A stretch of 64,000 nucleotides of DNA from Burkholderiales bacterium (GTDB lineage: Bacteria > Pseudomonadota > Gammaproteobacteria > Burkholderiales > CAIKXV01): assembly GCA_038205245.1 (NCBI GenBank), contig JBBRCD010000003.1, forward strand, positions 5,794 to 69,793, given 5' to 3'. A model generated the notes under the pieces. The model ran no database searches, was not told the origin of the DNA, and saw only the letters and a program-made list of their open reading frames with translations. Both the position numbers and the translations under genes were made by a program. Positions 26,080 through 35,603 of the stretch are shown piece by piece; the stretch's first letter is position 1, and each line of letters begins with the position of its first letter.

Positions 26080-27071
26080 GCGTCAACTGGGGAGGGTCGG
26101 GAAGACGGCAGCAGATGATAGATCGCGAACGCCCCGTCGGCGTCGCTCCAATAGCGCCGGCAGACATAGCCTGCCTGGGCGGCCAGCGCCACGAACTCAC
26201 TGGGCGCGTACTTGTACGAGTTCTCGGTATGGATCGTTTCGCCGGCCCGGAACTGGAACAGGCGCCCGCCAACCCACACCTGCTGGTCGACCCGGCTCTC
26301 CAGATGCATCTCGACCCGGCCCAGGGCGGCATCGTAGCGGGCACGATGGCGGAACCGCTCGAGTATGAAGCCCGCGTCGAGCTCGGCATTGAGGCGGGTG
26401 AGCAGGTTGAGATTGAAGCGGGCGGTAATCCCCTGCCGGTCGTCATAGGCCGCTTCCAGCCGCGCGGCGTCCTTGCGGGTGTCTACCCCGATCAGCACGC
26501 TGCCCCGGGCGCCGATCCAGCAGGCGACCCGCTCCAGGAAGGTACGGGTCTCCTGCGGTGTGAAGTTGCCGATCGTCGAACCGGGAAAGTACAGGGTGCG
26601 TGGTTCATCGCCCAGCGCAACGTCATTGGGCAGGCGCTCCAGAGCAGTGTAGTCGGCGTGGATCGCCACCACTTGCAGCGCCGGGAACTCGCGTGCGGTC
26701 TGTGCTGCGCCCAGCTCGAGCATCGAGTGCGAAATGTCGATCGCGACATAGGTCGAGGGCGCGGTCGACCGGATCAACAGCCGGGTCTTGATACCGGCGC
26801 CACTGCCCGGTTCGATCAACGTCCCGGCGGTCGGCAGCGATCCGGCAATCTCCTCCAGGTGCTCGCTCAGGATCGCCGTTTCGGTGCGCGTCACGTAGTA
26901 CTCGGGCAGTTCGCAGATCGCCTCGAACAGTTCGCTGCCCAGTGCATCGTAGAACCATTTGGCCGGCAACGACTTCTGGGTCAGCGACAACCCGGCATAC
27001 ACGTCCTCGCGCAGGGAAGCGCCGACGCCGGCGGTCGGGACGAACACGAGGTTGGCGGGCGGGGCGACCAT
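26076..27071 (-). CDS. egtD: L-histidine N-alpha-methyltransferase (EgtD family)
   Basis: KSLPAKWFYDALGSELFEAICELPEYYVTRTE, EPGSG..KTRLL, FPGSTIGNF, AAYDD..GITARFNLNLL, IHTENSYKY. Confidence 0.88.
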   Translation of the reverse strand: MVAPPANLVFVPTAGVGASLREDVYAGLSLTQKSLPAKWFYDALGSELFEAICELPEYYVTRTETAILSEHLEEIAGSLPTAGTLIEPGSGAGIKTRLLIRSTAPSTYVAIDISHSMLELGAAQTAREFPALQVVAIHADYTALERLPNDVALGDEPRTLYFPGSTIGNFTPQETRTFLERVACWIGARGSVLIGVDTRKDAARLEAAYDDRQGITARFNLNLLTRLNAELDAGFILERFRHRARYDAALGRVEMHLESRVDQQVWVGGRLFQFRAGETIHTENSYKYAPSEFVALAAQAGYVCRRYWSDADGAFAIYHLLPSSRPSPVDA

Positions 27072-27244
27072 GACGGCCCGAATGGTACCTGCTCGGTCAG
27101 GGTGGCGGGAAACGCGCAACGCTGATCTTCCGCCTCGCCATCGCCGGACAGACCCGGTTCAGTCAACCCGCATCAGGCCGGCCAGCCAGAAAGACGCGGT
27201 TCCGACCCTGCGGCCGGGCCGCCGTGCTGACCGCTGGCCTGCGG

Positions 27245-28408
27245 TCAGATCAGGCGCAGCGCGAAGCCACTTTCGATCCAGCGGCGGATGCGGGTCGCAT
27301 CTCCGATGCGCGAGGAAATGCCGTCGGAGTCGAGCAACACGAAGATCATCGGCTCGCCGTTGATCTTCACCTGCATGACCAGGCAGCGGCCCGCTTCGCG
27401 GATGAATCCGGTCTTCGACAGGCCGATCTCCCAGTCAGGCCTCGCCACCAGCTGATTGGAATTGTTGAATTGCAGCTGAGCCGCCCGATTGCCGGGCGTG
27501 TCGACCAGCGCACCTGCGGTGGTGCTGAACTGACGGATGGCCGAAAAATCCATCGCTGCACTTACCATCAGCACCAGGTCCTGCGCCGTTGCCACGTTGC
27601 CGCTGTGCAGGCCGGTCGGGTCTTCGAACCGCGACTGGTGCATGCCCAGAGCGCGCGCCTTCATGTTCATCTGCGCGATGAATCCGTGATAGCCGACCGG
27701 CGAGGTCCGTGCCAGCGCTGCGGTCGCGCGGTTCTCCGAGGACATCAGCGACAGGTGCAGCATCTCGCCGCGCGTGAGCCGGGTGCCGGCAGCCAGTCTG
27801 GATGGCAGACGCCGGGTGGCGTCGATGTCTTCCTCGCTGATGGTGATCAGCTCGTCCAGCGGCTGGTTGAAGTCGAGCATCACCATCGCGGTCATCAGTT
27901 TGGTGATCGAGGCGATCGACCGAACCTGGTCGACGTTGCGCGAGAACAGCAGCTGGCCGCTGTTCTGGCCCATCACCAGCACTGCGCTGGAGCGCAGCAC
28001 CAGATCGCCCGGCGCTTCTGCCGAGTGCAGCGTGTCGGGACGCACCCGCATCGATACCGGGGTGGCGCGCATGCTCGTTTTCATCACACCGCCCTGGCCC
28101 TGCGCCGGGATGGTCACCCGGACGCGCTTGGGCTGCCCGGCTGCCGCCTGGCGCGGGCGGGGGGCACGTGAAGCCGCCGACTTGCCGGACGAGACCTTCC
28201 GGGCTGACGGTTTCGCCTGAGCGGGACCAGCCGCCGACCGAGTGGCCTCGGGTTTCTTGGCGGCAGATTCGCGCTGGGCGTGGGCCTGGGACAACGGCAC
28301 GGAGGCGATACCTGCGGCAATACCGAGGGTCACCAGCAATCTCTGGAACGGACGTATCGTCACTATGCTGACCCTCTTGTTGTAGACCCAACCCTGTTCG
28401 ATGGGCAA
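27245..28408 (-). CDS. pbpG: D-alanyl-D-alanine endopeptidase (PBP7/PbpG, peptidase S11)
   Basis: SIASITKLMT (SxxK), SSEN (SxN), KTG triad. Start uncertain. Confidence 0.85.
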   Translation of the reverse strand: MPIEQGWVYNKRVSIVTIRPFQRLLVTLGIAAGIASVPLSQAHAQRESAAKKPEATRSAAGPAQAKPSARKVSSGKSAASRAPRPRQAAAGQPKRVRVTIPAQGQGGVMKTSMRATPVSMRVRPDTLHSAEAPGDLVLRSSAVLVMGQNSGQLLFSRNVDQVRSIASITKLMTAMVMLDFNQPLDELITISEEDIDATRRLPSRLAAGTRLTRGEMLHLSLMSSENRATAALARTSPVGYHGFIAQMNMKARALGMHQSRFEDPTGLHSGNVATAQDLVLMVSAAMDFSAIRQFSTTAGALVDTPGNRAAQLQFNNSNQLVARPDWEIGLSKTGFIREAGRCLVMQVKINGEPMIFVLLDSDGISSRIGDATRIRRWIESGFALRLI

Positions 28409-28528
28409 TTATCGACAGCCCTAGCGTGAACTTTAGGGCACTCACCGCCACGAATTCCCGGATTAGATAACGAAAACCGTGGCTTGGCAACAGTCCTTGA
28501 GACTCGGTCTAATCTCAATGGGCTCCGT

Positions 28529-30406
28529 TCACTGAGTCGAAGCCCCGGCAACCGGGCTTTTCCCACCGACAGACAGGGCTGGATCGGTCCGCTCCTGCTG
28601 CTGCAACGCCCACATCTGCGCATACTGGCCGCCGGCGGTGAGCAAGTCACGGTGGGTGCCGCGCTCGATGATCCGGCCCCGATCCATCACCAGGATCTGG
28701 TCCGCGTCGATGATCGTCGACAGGCGGTGCGCGATCACCAGCGTGGTCCGGCCGCGCGCGATCTGTTCCAGTTCGCCCTGAATCGCCTGCTCGGTCTCGG
28801 AATCCAGGGCCGAAGTGGCTTCGTCGAAGATCATCACCTGCGGATTCTTCAGGATCGCCCGCGCGATTGCCACCCGCTGCTTCTCGCCGCCCGAGAGCTT
28901 CAGTCCGCGCTCACCGACCGCCGATTCATAGCCTTTTGGCAGCGACTCGATGAACTGGTGAATGTGCGCCGACTGGGCCGCGCCTACCACCTCCTCCGCC
29001 GAGGCCGAGGGTCGCCCATAATGGATGTTGTAGCGGATCGAGTCGTTGAACAACACCGTGTCCTGCGGCACGATGCCGATCGCCCCACGCAGGCTGGGCT
29101 GTGCCAGCCTGCGCACATCGATGCCACCGACCGATATGCTGCCCGCCTGAACGTCATAGAAACGGTAGAGCAAGCGCGCCAGCGTGGACTTGCCCGAGCC
29201 GCTGTGGCCGACCACCGCCACCTTGGCCCCAGCGGGCACTTCGAAGCTCAACTGGTGCAGGATCTGGCGCGCCGGGTCATAGCCGAAATCGACCCGGTCG
29301 AAGCGGATCGCCAGGCTTCCGGCCGGCAGCGGCAGGGCGTCCGGGGCATCCTGGATTTCGCGATGCTGGCCGAGCAGAGCGAACATGCGGTCCATGTCGG
29401 TGGTCGCCTGCTTGATCTCGCGGTAGGCCATGCCGAGAAAGTTCAGCGGGATATAGAGCTGGATCAGCAGCACGTTGACCAGCACCAGATCACCCAGCGT
29501 GAGTTCCCTGGCCGCCACACCCTGCGCCGCGAACACCATCAGCACGGTCACCCCGGCGGCAATGATCAGGCTCTGGCCGACGTTGAGCAGGCCGAGTGAG
29601 GCCTCGGTGCGCAACGCCGCGGACTCGTAGCGCTCGAGGCTGCGGTCATAGCGGTTCGCCTCGTACTCCTCGTTGTTGAAGTACTTCACCGTCTCGTAGT
29701 TGAGCAGGCTGTCGACTGCGCGCGTGTTGGCTTTCGAGTCCAGTTCGTTGGCCTCGCGCCGGATCGCGCTGCGCCACTCGGTGACCCAGATGGTGAAGAA
29801 CACATAGAGGCCGACAGCGATGAAGGTGACTGCCGGAAAGCGCCAGTCGAACTTGGTCAGCAGCACCGCAGCCACCAGAGCGAACTCCAAGATCACCGGG
29901 ATGATCGAGAACAGCATGTAGTTGAGCAGGGTGCTGATGCCCCGGGTGCCACGCTCGATGTCGCGCGACATGCCGCCGGTCTGCCGGTCCAGGTGAAAGC
30001 GCAGGCTCAGGCTGTGCAAATGCCGGAACACCGACAGCGCGACCCGACGAATCGCCCGCTGCGCGACGCGCACGAACACCACATCGCGCAACTCGGCGAA
30101 CAGCGTGGTCGACATGCGCAGCAGGCCGTAGGCGAGCAGCAACGAGAACGGCACCATCAGGACTGCACGCTCGGGCGACAGCGAATCGACGATGTTCTTC
30201 AGCACCAGCGGCACGCCCACGTTCGCGACCTTGGCGATCACCAGCAGCGTCATCGCGGCGGCCACCCGCCAGCGGTACTCCCAGAGCAGGGGCAGCAACA
30301 GTTGAACGCGCTCCCAGTCGAAGAAGCGCGCCGGTTTCGCGCTGCCGGTGCCGTCTGCTGCCTCGGGCCGCCTCGAGTGCGCCCCATGTGCCATGCCGCT
30401 GCTCAT
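28529..30406 (-). CDS. ATM1/ABCB7-type ABC exporter, fused permease and ATPase
   Basis: LRFHLDRQTGG, DSLLNYETVKYF, GHSGSGKST, VPQD, LSGGEKQR, DEATSALD. Confidence 0.93.
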   Translation of the reverse strand: MSSGMAHGAHSRRPEAADGTGSAKPARFFDWERVQLLLPLLWEYRWRVAAAMTLLVIAKVANVGVPLVLKNIVDSLSPERAVLMVPFSLLLAYGLLRMSTTLFAELRDVVFVRVAQRAIRRVALSVFRHLHSLSLRFHLDRQTGGMSRDIERGTRGISTLLNYMLFSIIPVILEFALVAAVLLTKFDWRFPAVTFIAVGLYVFFTIWVTEWRSAIRREANELDSKANTRAVDSLLNYETVKYFNNEEYEANRYDRSLERYESAALRTEASLGLLNVGQSLIIAAGVTVLMVFAAQGVAARELTLGDLVLVNVLLIQLYIPLNFLGMAYREIKQATTDMDRMFALLGQHREIQDAPDALPLPAGSLAIRFDRVDFGYDPARQILHQLSFEVPAGAKVAVVGHSGSGKSTLARLLYRFYDVQAGSISVGGIDVRRLAQPSLRGAIGIVPQDTVLFNDSIRYNIHYGRPSASAEEVVGAAQSAHIHQFIESLPKGYESAVGERGLKLSGGEKQRVAIARAILKNPQVMIFDEATSALDSETEQAIQGELEQIARGRTTLVIAHRLSTIIDADQILVMDRGRIIERGTHRDLLTAGGQYAQMWALQQQERTDPALSVGGKSPVAGASTQ

Positions 30407-30446
30407 GCCTTGCTTGCCACCCTTGATGTTGTTCCCCCGGGCCCGT

Positions 30447-30477
30447 AAAAAAAAACGGGCACCGGTGAGGGTGCCCG
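30447..30477 (-). terminator. Rho-independent terminator
   Basis: Minus strand CGGGCACC-CTCACC-GGTGCCCG followed by T9. Confidence 0.88.
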
Positions 30478-30532
30478 AAATCCAAAGGAGGAGGATGAAA
30501 ACAATGAGCGATCACTTGCCCGCTGCCTTCGA
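30447..30532 (-). ncRNA. Probable small RNA with an anti-Shine-Dalgarno loop (Betaproteobacteria toxic sRNA-like)
   Basis: Minus strand: ATCC-TCCTCCTTT-GGAT hairpin exposing CUCCUCC, followed by an intrinsic terminator. 5' end inferred from the upstream sigma54 motif. Confidence 0.72.
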
Positions 30533-30542
30533 CATCCATGTA

Positions 30543-30558
30543 AGCGAATAGCATGCCA
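30543..30558 (-). promoter_or_regulatory. Sigma54 (-24/-12) promoter
   Basis: Minus strand TGGCATGCTATTCGCT, i.e. GG-N10-GC, close to the consensus TGGCAC-N5-TTGCW. Confidence 0.65.
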
Positions 30559-30701
30559 CCCTTTAATAAAACCACGAATCAATGCGTTACCGTCCGCACT
30601 CACTGGGCCATCCGCGGCCTTTGCACCTCGAACGTCCACGATGCCGGCGCGGCGCACCAGGATGGCACCGCCGTTGACGCCGCCTCGCCCCCTGCGGCAG
30701 G

Positions 30702-31235
30702 TCACCGCTGGGGTGCGGCCTGATCTTCGACCGCGGCAGCGGCAGGAGTCGGGGTCGGGGTCGGGGTCGGGATCGGGATCGGGGTTGCGGTTGCTGCAGG
30801 TACGATCGGCGCTGTCGGCCTCGGCCGGCGTTCGAACCCGGCGGCCACCGGCGCCCAGTAGGCGGCGGCAAGCAGCGCGCCCCACAGTATTGCGGCCACG
30901 CTGTCCATCACATAGCCGAAACCGGACAGCAGGAACGGCCCGGACATCGGCGTCGGGATATAGATCAACACCGTTGCCCACAGCGTGAGCCCGCGCGCCC
31001 AGCGCTGGAAGGCCAGCATTCCGAGCAGGCCGATGCACAGCGCCATGAACGCCACCATCGACACCACTGCAGCGACAGACTGCAGCATGCCGGCCGATAC
31101 CAGCGAAGTGGAGGCGAGCCATGCCTGCAGTTCCGGCGGCAGCAGGCGCGGGTCGTGCCTGGAGACGAACATGGCCACTGGAATCAACAGCGCGTTGAAC
31201 AGGACCAGCAGGCGAAACTCGGTTCGGGTATGCAT
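30702..31235 (-). CDS. Hypothetical integral membrane protein
   Basis: Four hydrophobic segments; Pro/Thr-rich C-terminal tail. Confidence 0.6.
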   Translation of the reverse strand: MHTRTEFRLLVLFNALLIPVAMFVSRHDPRLLPPELQAWLASTSLVSAGMLQSVAAVVSMVAFMALCIGLLGMLAFQRWARGLTLWATVLIYIPTPMSGPFLLSGFGYVMDSVAAILWGALLAAAYWAPVAAGFERRPRPTAPIVPAATATPIPIPTPTPTPTPAAAAVEDQAAPQR

Positions 31236-31329
31236 TTCGATCCATATTGAGGACAACCGGACCGAAGCATGCCATGCCTCCCCGCCGATCACCGCCGGCA
31301 TGCGTCTGCAGCATCGGCGATTACAGGCA

Positions 31330-31358
31330 GGGGACAGACCCGATTGGGGTCAGTCCCC
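31330..31358. repeat. REP-like palindrome GGGGACAGACCC-GATTG-GGGTCAGTCCCC
   Basis: Same GGGG(A/T)CAG family, just past the clsB stop. Confidence 0.85.
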
Positions 31359-31367
31359 GCGTTCGCA

Positions 31368-32564
31368 CTAGAGATAGTCGCTTCGCGCCCCGTAGCCGGC
31401 CCAGCCGAGCAGCGCCCGGACCAGACCATAACTCATCCAGCCAGCCGCCCTCGCCAGCAACCCGCGCTGGTGGCCAGCGGCGGTGACCGGCCGCGCGCCG
31501 CCCTGCATCGCGTCCTCCAGGCTGGTGCGCAGCCGTGCGGCGAACGCGCGGTCACGCACGACGACGTTCGCCTCACGCGCGAGCAGCAGCGACATCGGAT
31601 CGATGTTGGACGACCCGACGGTCGACCATTCGCCATCGATCACCGCGACCTTGGCATGCATGAAGCTGCGGTGATACTCGAAAATCTCCACGCCAGCGGC
31701 GAGCAGTTGGTGATACATCGTGCGCGACGCATGGCGGAACAACACATACTCTACGCGCGCCTGCAGCAGCAATACGACGCGTACTCCGCGTCCAGCGGCT
31801 GCGATCAGCGCATGGCGGAACTCGATGCCAGGCAGAAAGTAGGCATTGGCGATCAACACCTCGTTGCGGGCAAGCGCGATCGCTTCCAGGTAGGCGTCCT
31901 CGATATCGCGCCGGTGGCGAAGCGTGTCACGGATCACCAGAGCCGCACTGATCGGCCCCGCAACCGGGGGCATTGGCCGCACAGCCGCCGGTATCTGCTC
32001 CGCGGTGGCGTGGTCGGGCCAGCGATCGGTCCAGCGCTCGTGCAGGTAGGTGCGGGCGACCCCCTCCCAGGTCCGGCGAGCCAGGCTCAGTATGTCGGCG
32101 GTGATCGGGCCGCGCACCTGTACCGCATAGTCCCAGCGCGGCGGTTTCTGGCGAGGGGTATGCATGTCGTCGATGAGGTTGATGCCACCGACGAATCCAT
32201 CCACGCCGTCCACCACTGCGATTTTGTGATGCAACCGGCGCAGGCGGCTGCGCTGGAACTCGAACAGCGACACCTGCGGCCGGAAGAACAGCAGTTCCAC
32301 ACCGGCCGTGCGCAGGGCCTCGCGCATCGATCTGGGCATCGTTCGCCCGCCGAAACCGTCGATCAGCACATGCACCTGCACGCCGCGGCGGGCGGCGCGC
32401 TTCAGAGCCTCGGCGACACTGCGTCCAGCCTGGTCGTCTTCGAATATGTAGGCCTGGACATGGATTTCGCTGCGCGCCTGGTCGAAGGCGTCCTCGAGCG
32501 CCGCGAAGTAGGCACCGCCGCCCTCCAGCAACTGCACTTCATGGCCTTCGACGAAGCGGGTCAA
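31368..32564 (-). CDS. clsB: Cardiolipin synthase B
   Basis: Two HKD motifs (HHKIAVVD, HAKVAVID); lies downstream of a YbhP-like gene. Confidence 0.9.
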   Translation of the reverse strand: MTRFVEGHEVQLLEGGGAYFAALEDAFDQARSEIHVQAYIFEDDQAGRSVAEALKRAARRGVQVHVLIDGFGGRTMPRSMREALRTAGVELLFFRPQVSLFEFQRSRLRRLHHKIAVVDGVDGFVGGINLIDDMHTPRQKPPRWDYAVQVRGPITADILSLARRTWEGVARTYLHERWTDRWPDHATAEQIPAAVRPMPPVAGPISAALVIRDTLRHRRDIEDAYLEAIALARNEVLIANAYFLPGIEFRHALIAAAGRGVRVVLLLQARVEYVLFRHASRTMYHQLLAAGVEIFEYHRSFMHAKVAVIDGEWSTVGSSNIDPMSLLLAREANVVVRDRAFAARLRTSLEDAMQGGARPVTAAGHQRGLLARAAGWMSYGLVRALLGWAGYGARSDYL

Positions 32565-32604
32565 GCGCCGGCCTCCCCGGGGTTCAGCGAATCTGGACAG
32601 CAGG

Positions 32605-33465
32605 TCAGCCGCGGGTCAGTGTGGCCGACAGCGGGGCATGGTCGGACAAGCCCGCCCAGGCGCGGCCGTGATGGACATGGGCATGACGAACCTCGAACCC
32701 GCGCACATAGATCCGGTCCAGGGTGAACACCGGCATGCGCGTCGGGAAGCTGCGCGCCGGATGGCCGCGGGTGACTTCGAACACCTCGGCCATGCCGAGA
32801 TCGGTGACCAGCGAGTCACTCGCCTCCTTGCGCCAGTCGTTGAAGTCCCCGGCGATCACGAGGGGGGATGCCGTGGGCACCAGCGTCTTGATATGTTCGC
32901 ACAGTGTCTTCACCTGCAAGCGGCGGCCACGCGCGAACAGACCCAGGTGCACGTTCACACAGTGCAGACGGTGCGCCCAGCCGGGCACGTCGATCTCGCA
33001 GTGAAGCAGGCCCCGGCTTTCAAAAAAGTAGGCGGACACATCGATGTTGTCCCACTTGGTGATCGGGTAGCGTGACAGGATCGCGTTGCCGTGGTGCCCA
33101 TCGCTGTACACCGCGTTCTTGCCATAAGCGAAATCGCTCCACACCGAGTCAGCGAGGAACTCGTATTGCGAGCTCGCCGGCCAATGCTCATAGCGCGCGG
33201 CATGCCGGTCATGCCGGCCATGGACCTCCTGCAGGAACAGGACGTCAGCGGCCAGCGTATGCAGTTGCGTCCGAAGGTCACGCAGCATCAGCTGCCGGGT
33301 GATCGCGCTGAAGCCCTTGTGGATGTTGTAGGTGGCCACCCGCAGGATCGACGTCTGAGCGCGCGGCGGCACGTTCAGGGGATCGAGCGTGGCGTGTCGT
33401 TCGGCCTGCCGGGGCACCGCGGGCAGTTCGGTGATGGCCGTCTCGCCTGCCGGACCGGCAATCAC
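32605..33465 (-). CDS. Endonuclease/exonuclease/phosphatase family protein (YbhP-like)
   Basis: TYNIHKG, LQEV, GNAILS, GDFNDW, LDRIYVR, SDHAP. Confidence 0.9.
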   Translation of the reverse strand: MIAGPAGETAITELPAVPRQAERHATLDPLNVPPRAQTSILRVATYNIHKGFSAITRQLMLRDLRTQLHTLAADVLFLQEVHGRHDRHAARYEHWPASSQYEFLADSVWSDFAYGKNAVYSDGHHGNAILSRYPITKWDNIDVSAYFFESRGLLHCEIDVPGWAHRLHCVNVHLGLFARGRRLQVKTLCEHIKTLVPTASPLVIAGDFNDWRKEASDSLVTDLGMAEVFEVTRGHPARSFPTRMPVFTLDRIYVRGFEVRHAHVHHGRAWAGLSDHAPLSATLTRG

Positions 33466-33815
33466 CGGTTCACTCGTGCATCGGTGGTCCCGGCAGCATC
33501 CCCCGGCACAGCCGCGGCGCGTCGCAGCATTTCCGCGTCATCCCCATCGAGCGCGCGCTGAAGCTGGCGCGTGAGCACCGCGCGCACGATCACCCTGGGT
33601 ACCGGGACTGGCATTGAAGGCGGTCCGAAATAGCCCGAGTGCGCAAGCCGCACCGACTCAGAGGGACTGGCCGCCGCATCGACGCCGGCTGCCGGCCTTG
33701 TCTCGAGTCGCCATTCGCCGCGCATCGCTTCGACATTGCCGGACACCATCTCGATCCTGATCGCGGTCTGGGGGGTCTCCTCGACCTGCATCACCAGATC
33801 GAGCCGCAGGCTCAC
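33462..33815 (-). CDS. Small or truncated SRPBCC (polyketide cyclase)-like protein
   Basis: IRIEMVSGNVEAMRGEWRLE and PVPRVIVRAVLTRQL resemble the C-terminal half of SRPBCC proteins. No clear start codon. Confidence 0.35.
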   Translation of the reverse strand: MSLRLDLVMQVEETPQTAIRIEMVSGNVEAMRGEWRLETRPAAGVDAAASPSESVRLAHSGYFGPPSMPVPVPRVIVRAVLTRQLQRALDGDDAEMLRRAAAVPGDAAGTTDARVNR

Positions 33816-33829
33816 CCTGTAGGCCGGGA

Positions 33830-34930
33830 CTATGACACCTCGAGCATGCGGGTGAGCGCGAGCCGCGCCAGGCCAGCCTCGCGTTCCGGCACGCTGATCC
33901 GGTTCACCACCCGGCCCTCGGCCAGATTCTCCAGGCACCAGGCGAGGTGCTGCGGATCGATACGCGCCATCGTCGAACACATGCAGACCGTCGGCGACAT
34001 GAACTGTATGACCTTGCCCTGCCCCTTGAACTGGTCGGCGAGGCGGTTCACCAGGTTCAGCTCGGTGCCGACCAGCCAGCGCGTGCCAGGCGCACTCTGC
34101 GCAATCGAGCGGATGATGAAGTCGGTGGAACCGACATAGTCGGACAGCTTGCAGACATCGAACCGGCACTCCGGGTGGCTGATCACCATGCCGGAAGGGT
34201 TCTGTTCCCGCCAGCGCAGGATGTGCTGTGGCTGGAACATTTGATGCACCGAACAGTGGCCTTTCCACAGCAACACCTTCGCCATCTTGATCTGCTGCGC
34301 GCTCAGGCCGCCCATCGGCTCGTCCGGATCCCACACCAGCATCTCGGACACCGGGATGTCCATCAGGTAACCGGTCCACCGTCCAAGATGCTGGTCCGGG
34401 AAGAACAGCACCTTGTCGCGCCTGGCGAACGCCCACTCCAGAATACTGCGCGCATTGCTCGAGGTGCAGACGATGCCGCCGTGCTCGCCGCAGAACGCCT
34501 TCAGATCGGCCGCCGAATTGATGTAGGTGATCGGGGTGATGTGCTCGTCCGGGTCGAGCACTTCGGCGATCTCGCGCCATGCCCGCTCGACCTTCGCCAG
34601 GCTCGCCATGTCGGCCATGGAGCACCCCGCCGACAGGTCGGGCAGGATCGCGACCTGATCCGGTCCGGTCAGAATGTCGGCGACCTCGGCCATGAAATGC
34701 ACACCGCAAAATACGATGTACTCGGCCTCGGTGTTGGCGGCGAGGCGCGCCAGGCCGAGCGAGTCGCCGGTCAGGTCGGCATGCTGGTATACGTCGGCGC
34801 GCTGGTAATGATGACCGAGGATGGTCGCGCGGCTGCCCAGCCTCGCCCGCGCCGCGCGGATGCGCTGCTGGCAGGCGTCGTCTTCCAGGGTCTTGTAGCT
34901 GTCGAACGACAGCAGCTCGGTCGTGGTCAT
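33830..34930 (-). CDS. nadA: Quinolinate synthase
   Basis: ILGHHYQR, TGDS, FCGVHFMAE, GCSMADMA, YINS, CTSSNA, PDQHLG, CSVH, HPEC, GTE, CSTM. Confidence 0.95.
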   Translation of the reverse strand: MTTTELLSFDSYKTLEDDACQQRIRAARARLGSRATILGHHYQRADVYQHADLTGDSLGLARLAANTEAEYIVFCGVHFMAEVADILTGPDQVAILPDLSAGCSMADMASLAKVERAWREIAEVLDPDEHITPITYINSAADLKAFCGEHGGIVCTSSNARSILEWAFARRDKVLFFPDQHLGRWTGYLMDIPVSEMLVWDPDEPMGGLSAQQIKMAKVLLWKGHCSVHQMFQPQHILRWREQNPSGMVISHPECRFDVCKLSDYVGSTDFIIRSIAQSAPGTRWLVGTELNLVNRLADQFKGQGKVIQFMSPTVCMCSTMARIDPQHLAWCLENLAEGRVVNRISVPEREAGLARLALTRMLEVS

Positions 34931-35103
34931 TTCCATCCTCCCGTGGCGCAGTTGGGCGGCAAAAAAGTTGCAATCAACACTGCTGGATACGAAGCCCGGG
35001 ACGCAATCACTGCGCCCGGCAATCGAGACTTGCGTGCAGCCAAATACGTCGAACACAATGCGAATCGGGCGAGAAAGTTAACACAACACGCCTTGCTGGG
35101 ACA

Positions 35104-35559
35104 TCAACCGCCCTCTGTTGGTTCCTTCAGCCGCCGAATCGCCTCCGCGTTGCTCGCGGAGAACACCCGGCCGGCCGCTTCATCCCGCGGCAGCCACTCA
35201 TATCGGGTGTGTTCGCGCGCAGACAAGGCCACCGGGACCCGCGCCGGCAGGGTCAGGCCGAACACATGCTCGACATTCTCGGTGACGCCGGGCCCGTAAC
35301 GGGCCCGCCAGTGCAGATAGATCTCGTAGCGATTCGAGTACTGCCAATCCACCAGACAGCCGAAGCCGGCCTCGATACCCGTTTCTTCCAATACCTCGCG
35401 CCGGGCGGTCAGGTCCAGCGGTTCATCGACCCGGTCCAGGCTGCCGGTCACCGACTGCCAGAACCCCGGGCGGTCTGCACGCTCGAGCAGCAGGACCTCC
35501 AGATTGCGGGTGTGGATGACCACCAGCACGGAAATCGGAATCTTCCAGGAAGTCGCCAT
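35104..35559 (-). CDS. nudB: Dihydroneopterin triphosphate diphosphatase (Nudix)
   Basis: KIPISVLVVI, FWQSVTGS, REVLEETG, RYGPGVTENVEHVF. Confidence 0.93.
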   Translation of the reverse strand: MATSWKIPISVLVVIHTRNLEVLLLERADRPGFWQSVTGSLDRVDEPLDLTARREVLEETGIEAGFGCLVDWQYSNRYEIYLHWRARYGPGVTENVEHVFGLTLPARVPVALSAREHTRYEWLPRDEAAGRVFSASNAEAIRRLKEPTEGG

Positions 35560-35603
35560 CGGAAAGTGGGCTTCGCGCGCTGCGCCTCAGGCTGGCAGGC
35601 GGG

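Noticed and set aside
30495-30551. Plus-strand small peptide behind a strong GGAGGAGG
   Set aside because: Better explained as the complement of the sRNA anti-SD loop, because the promoter and terminator both point along the minus strand. Not fully excluded.
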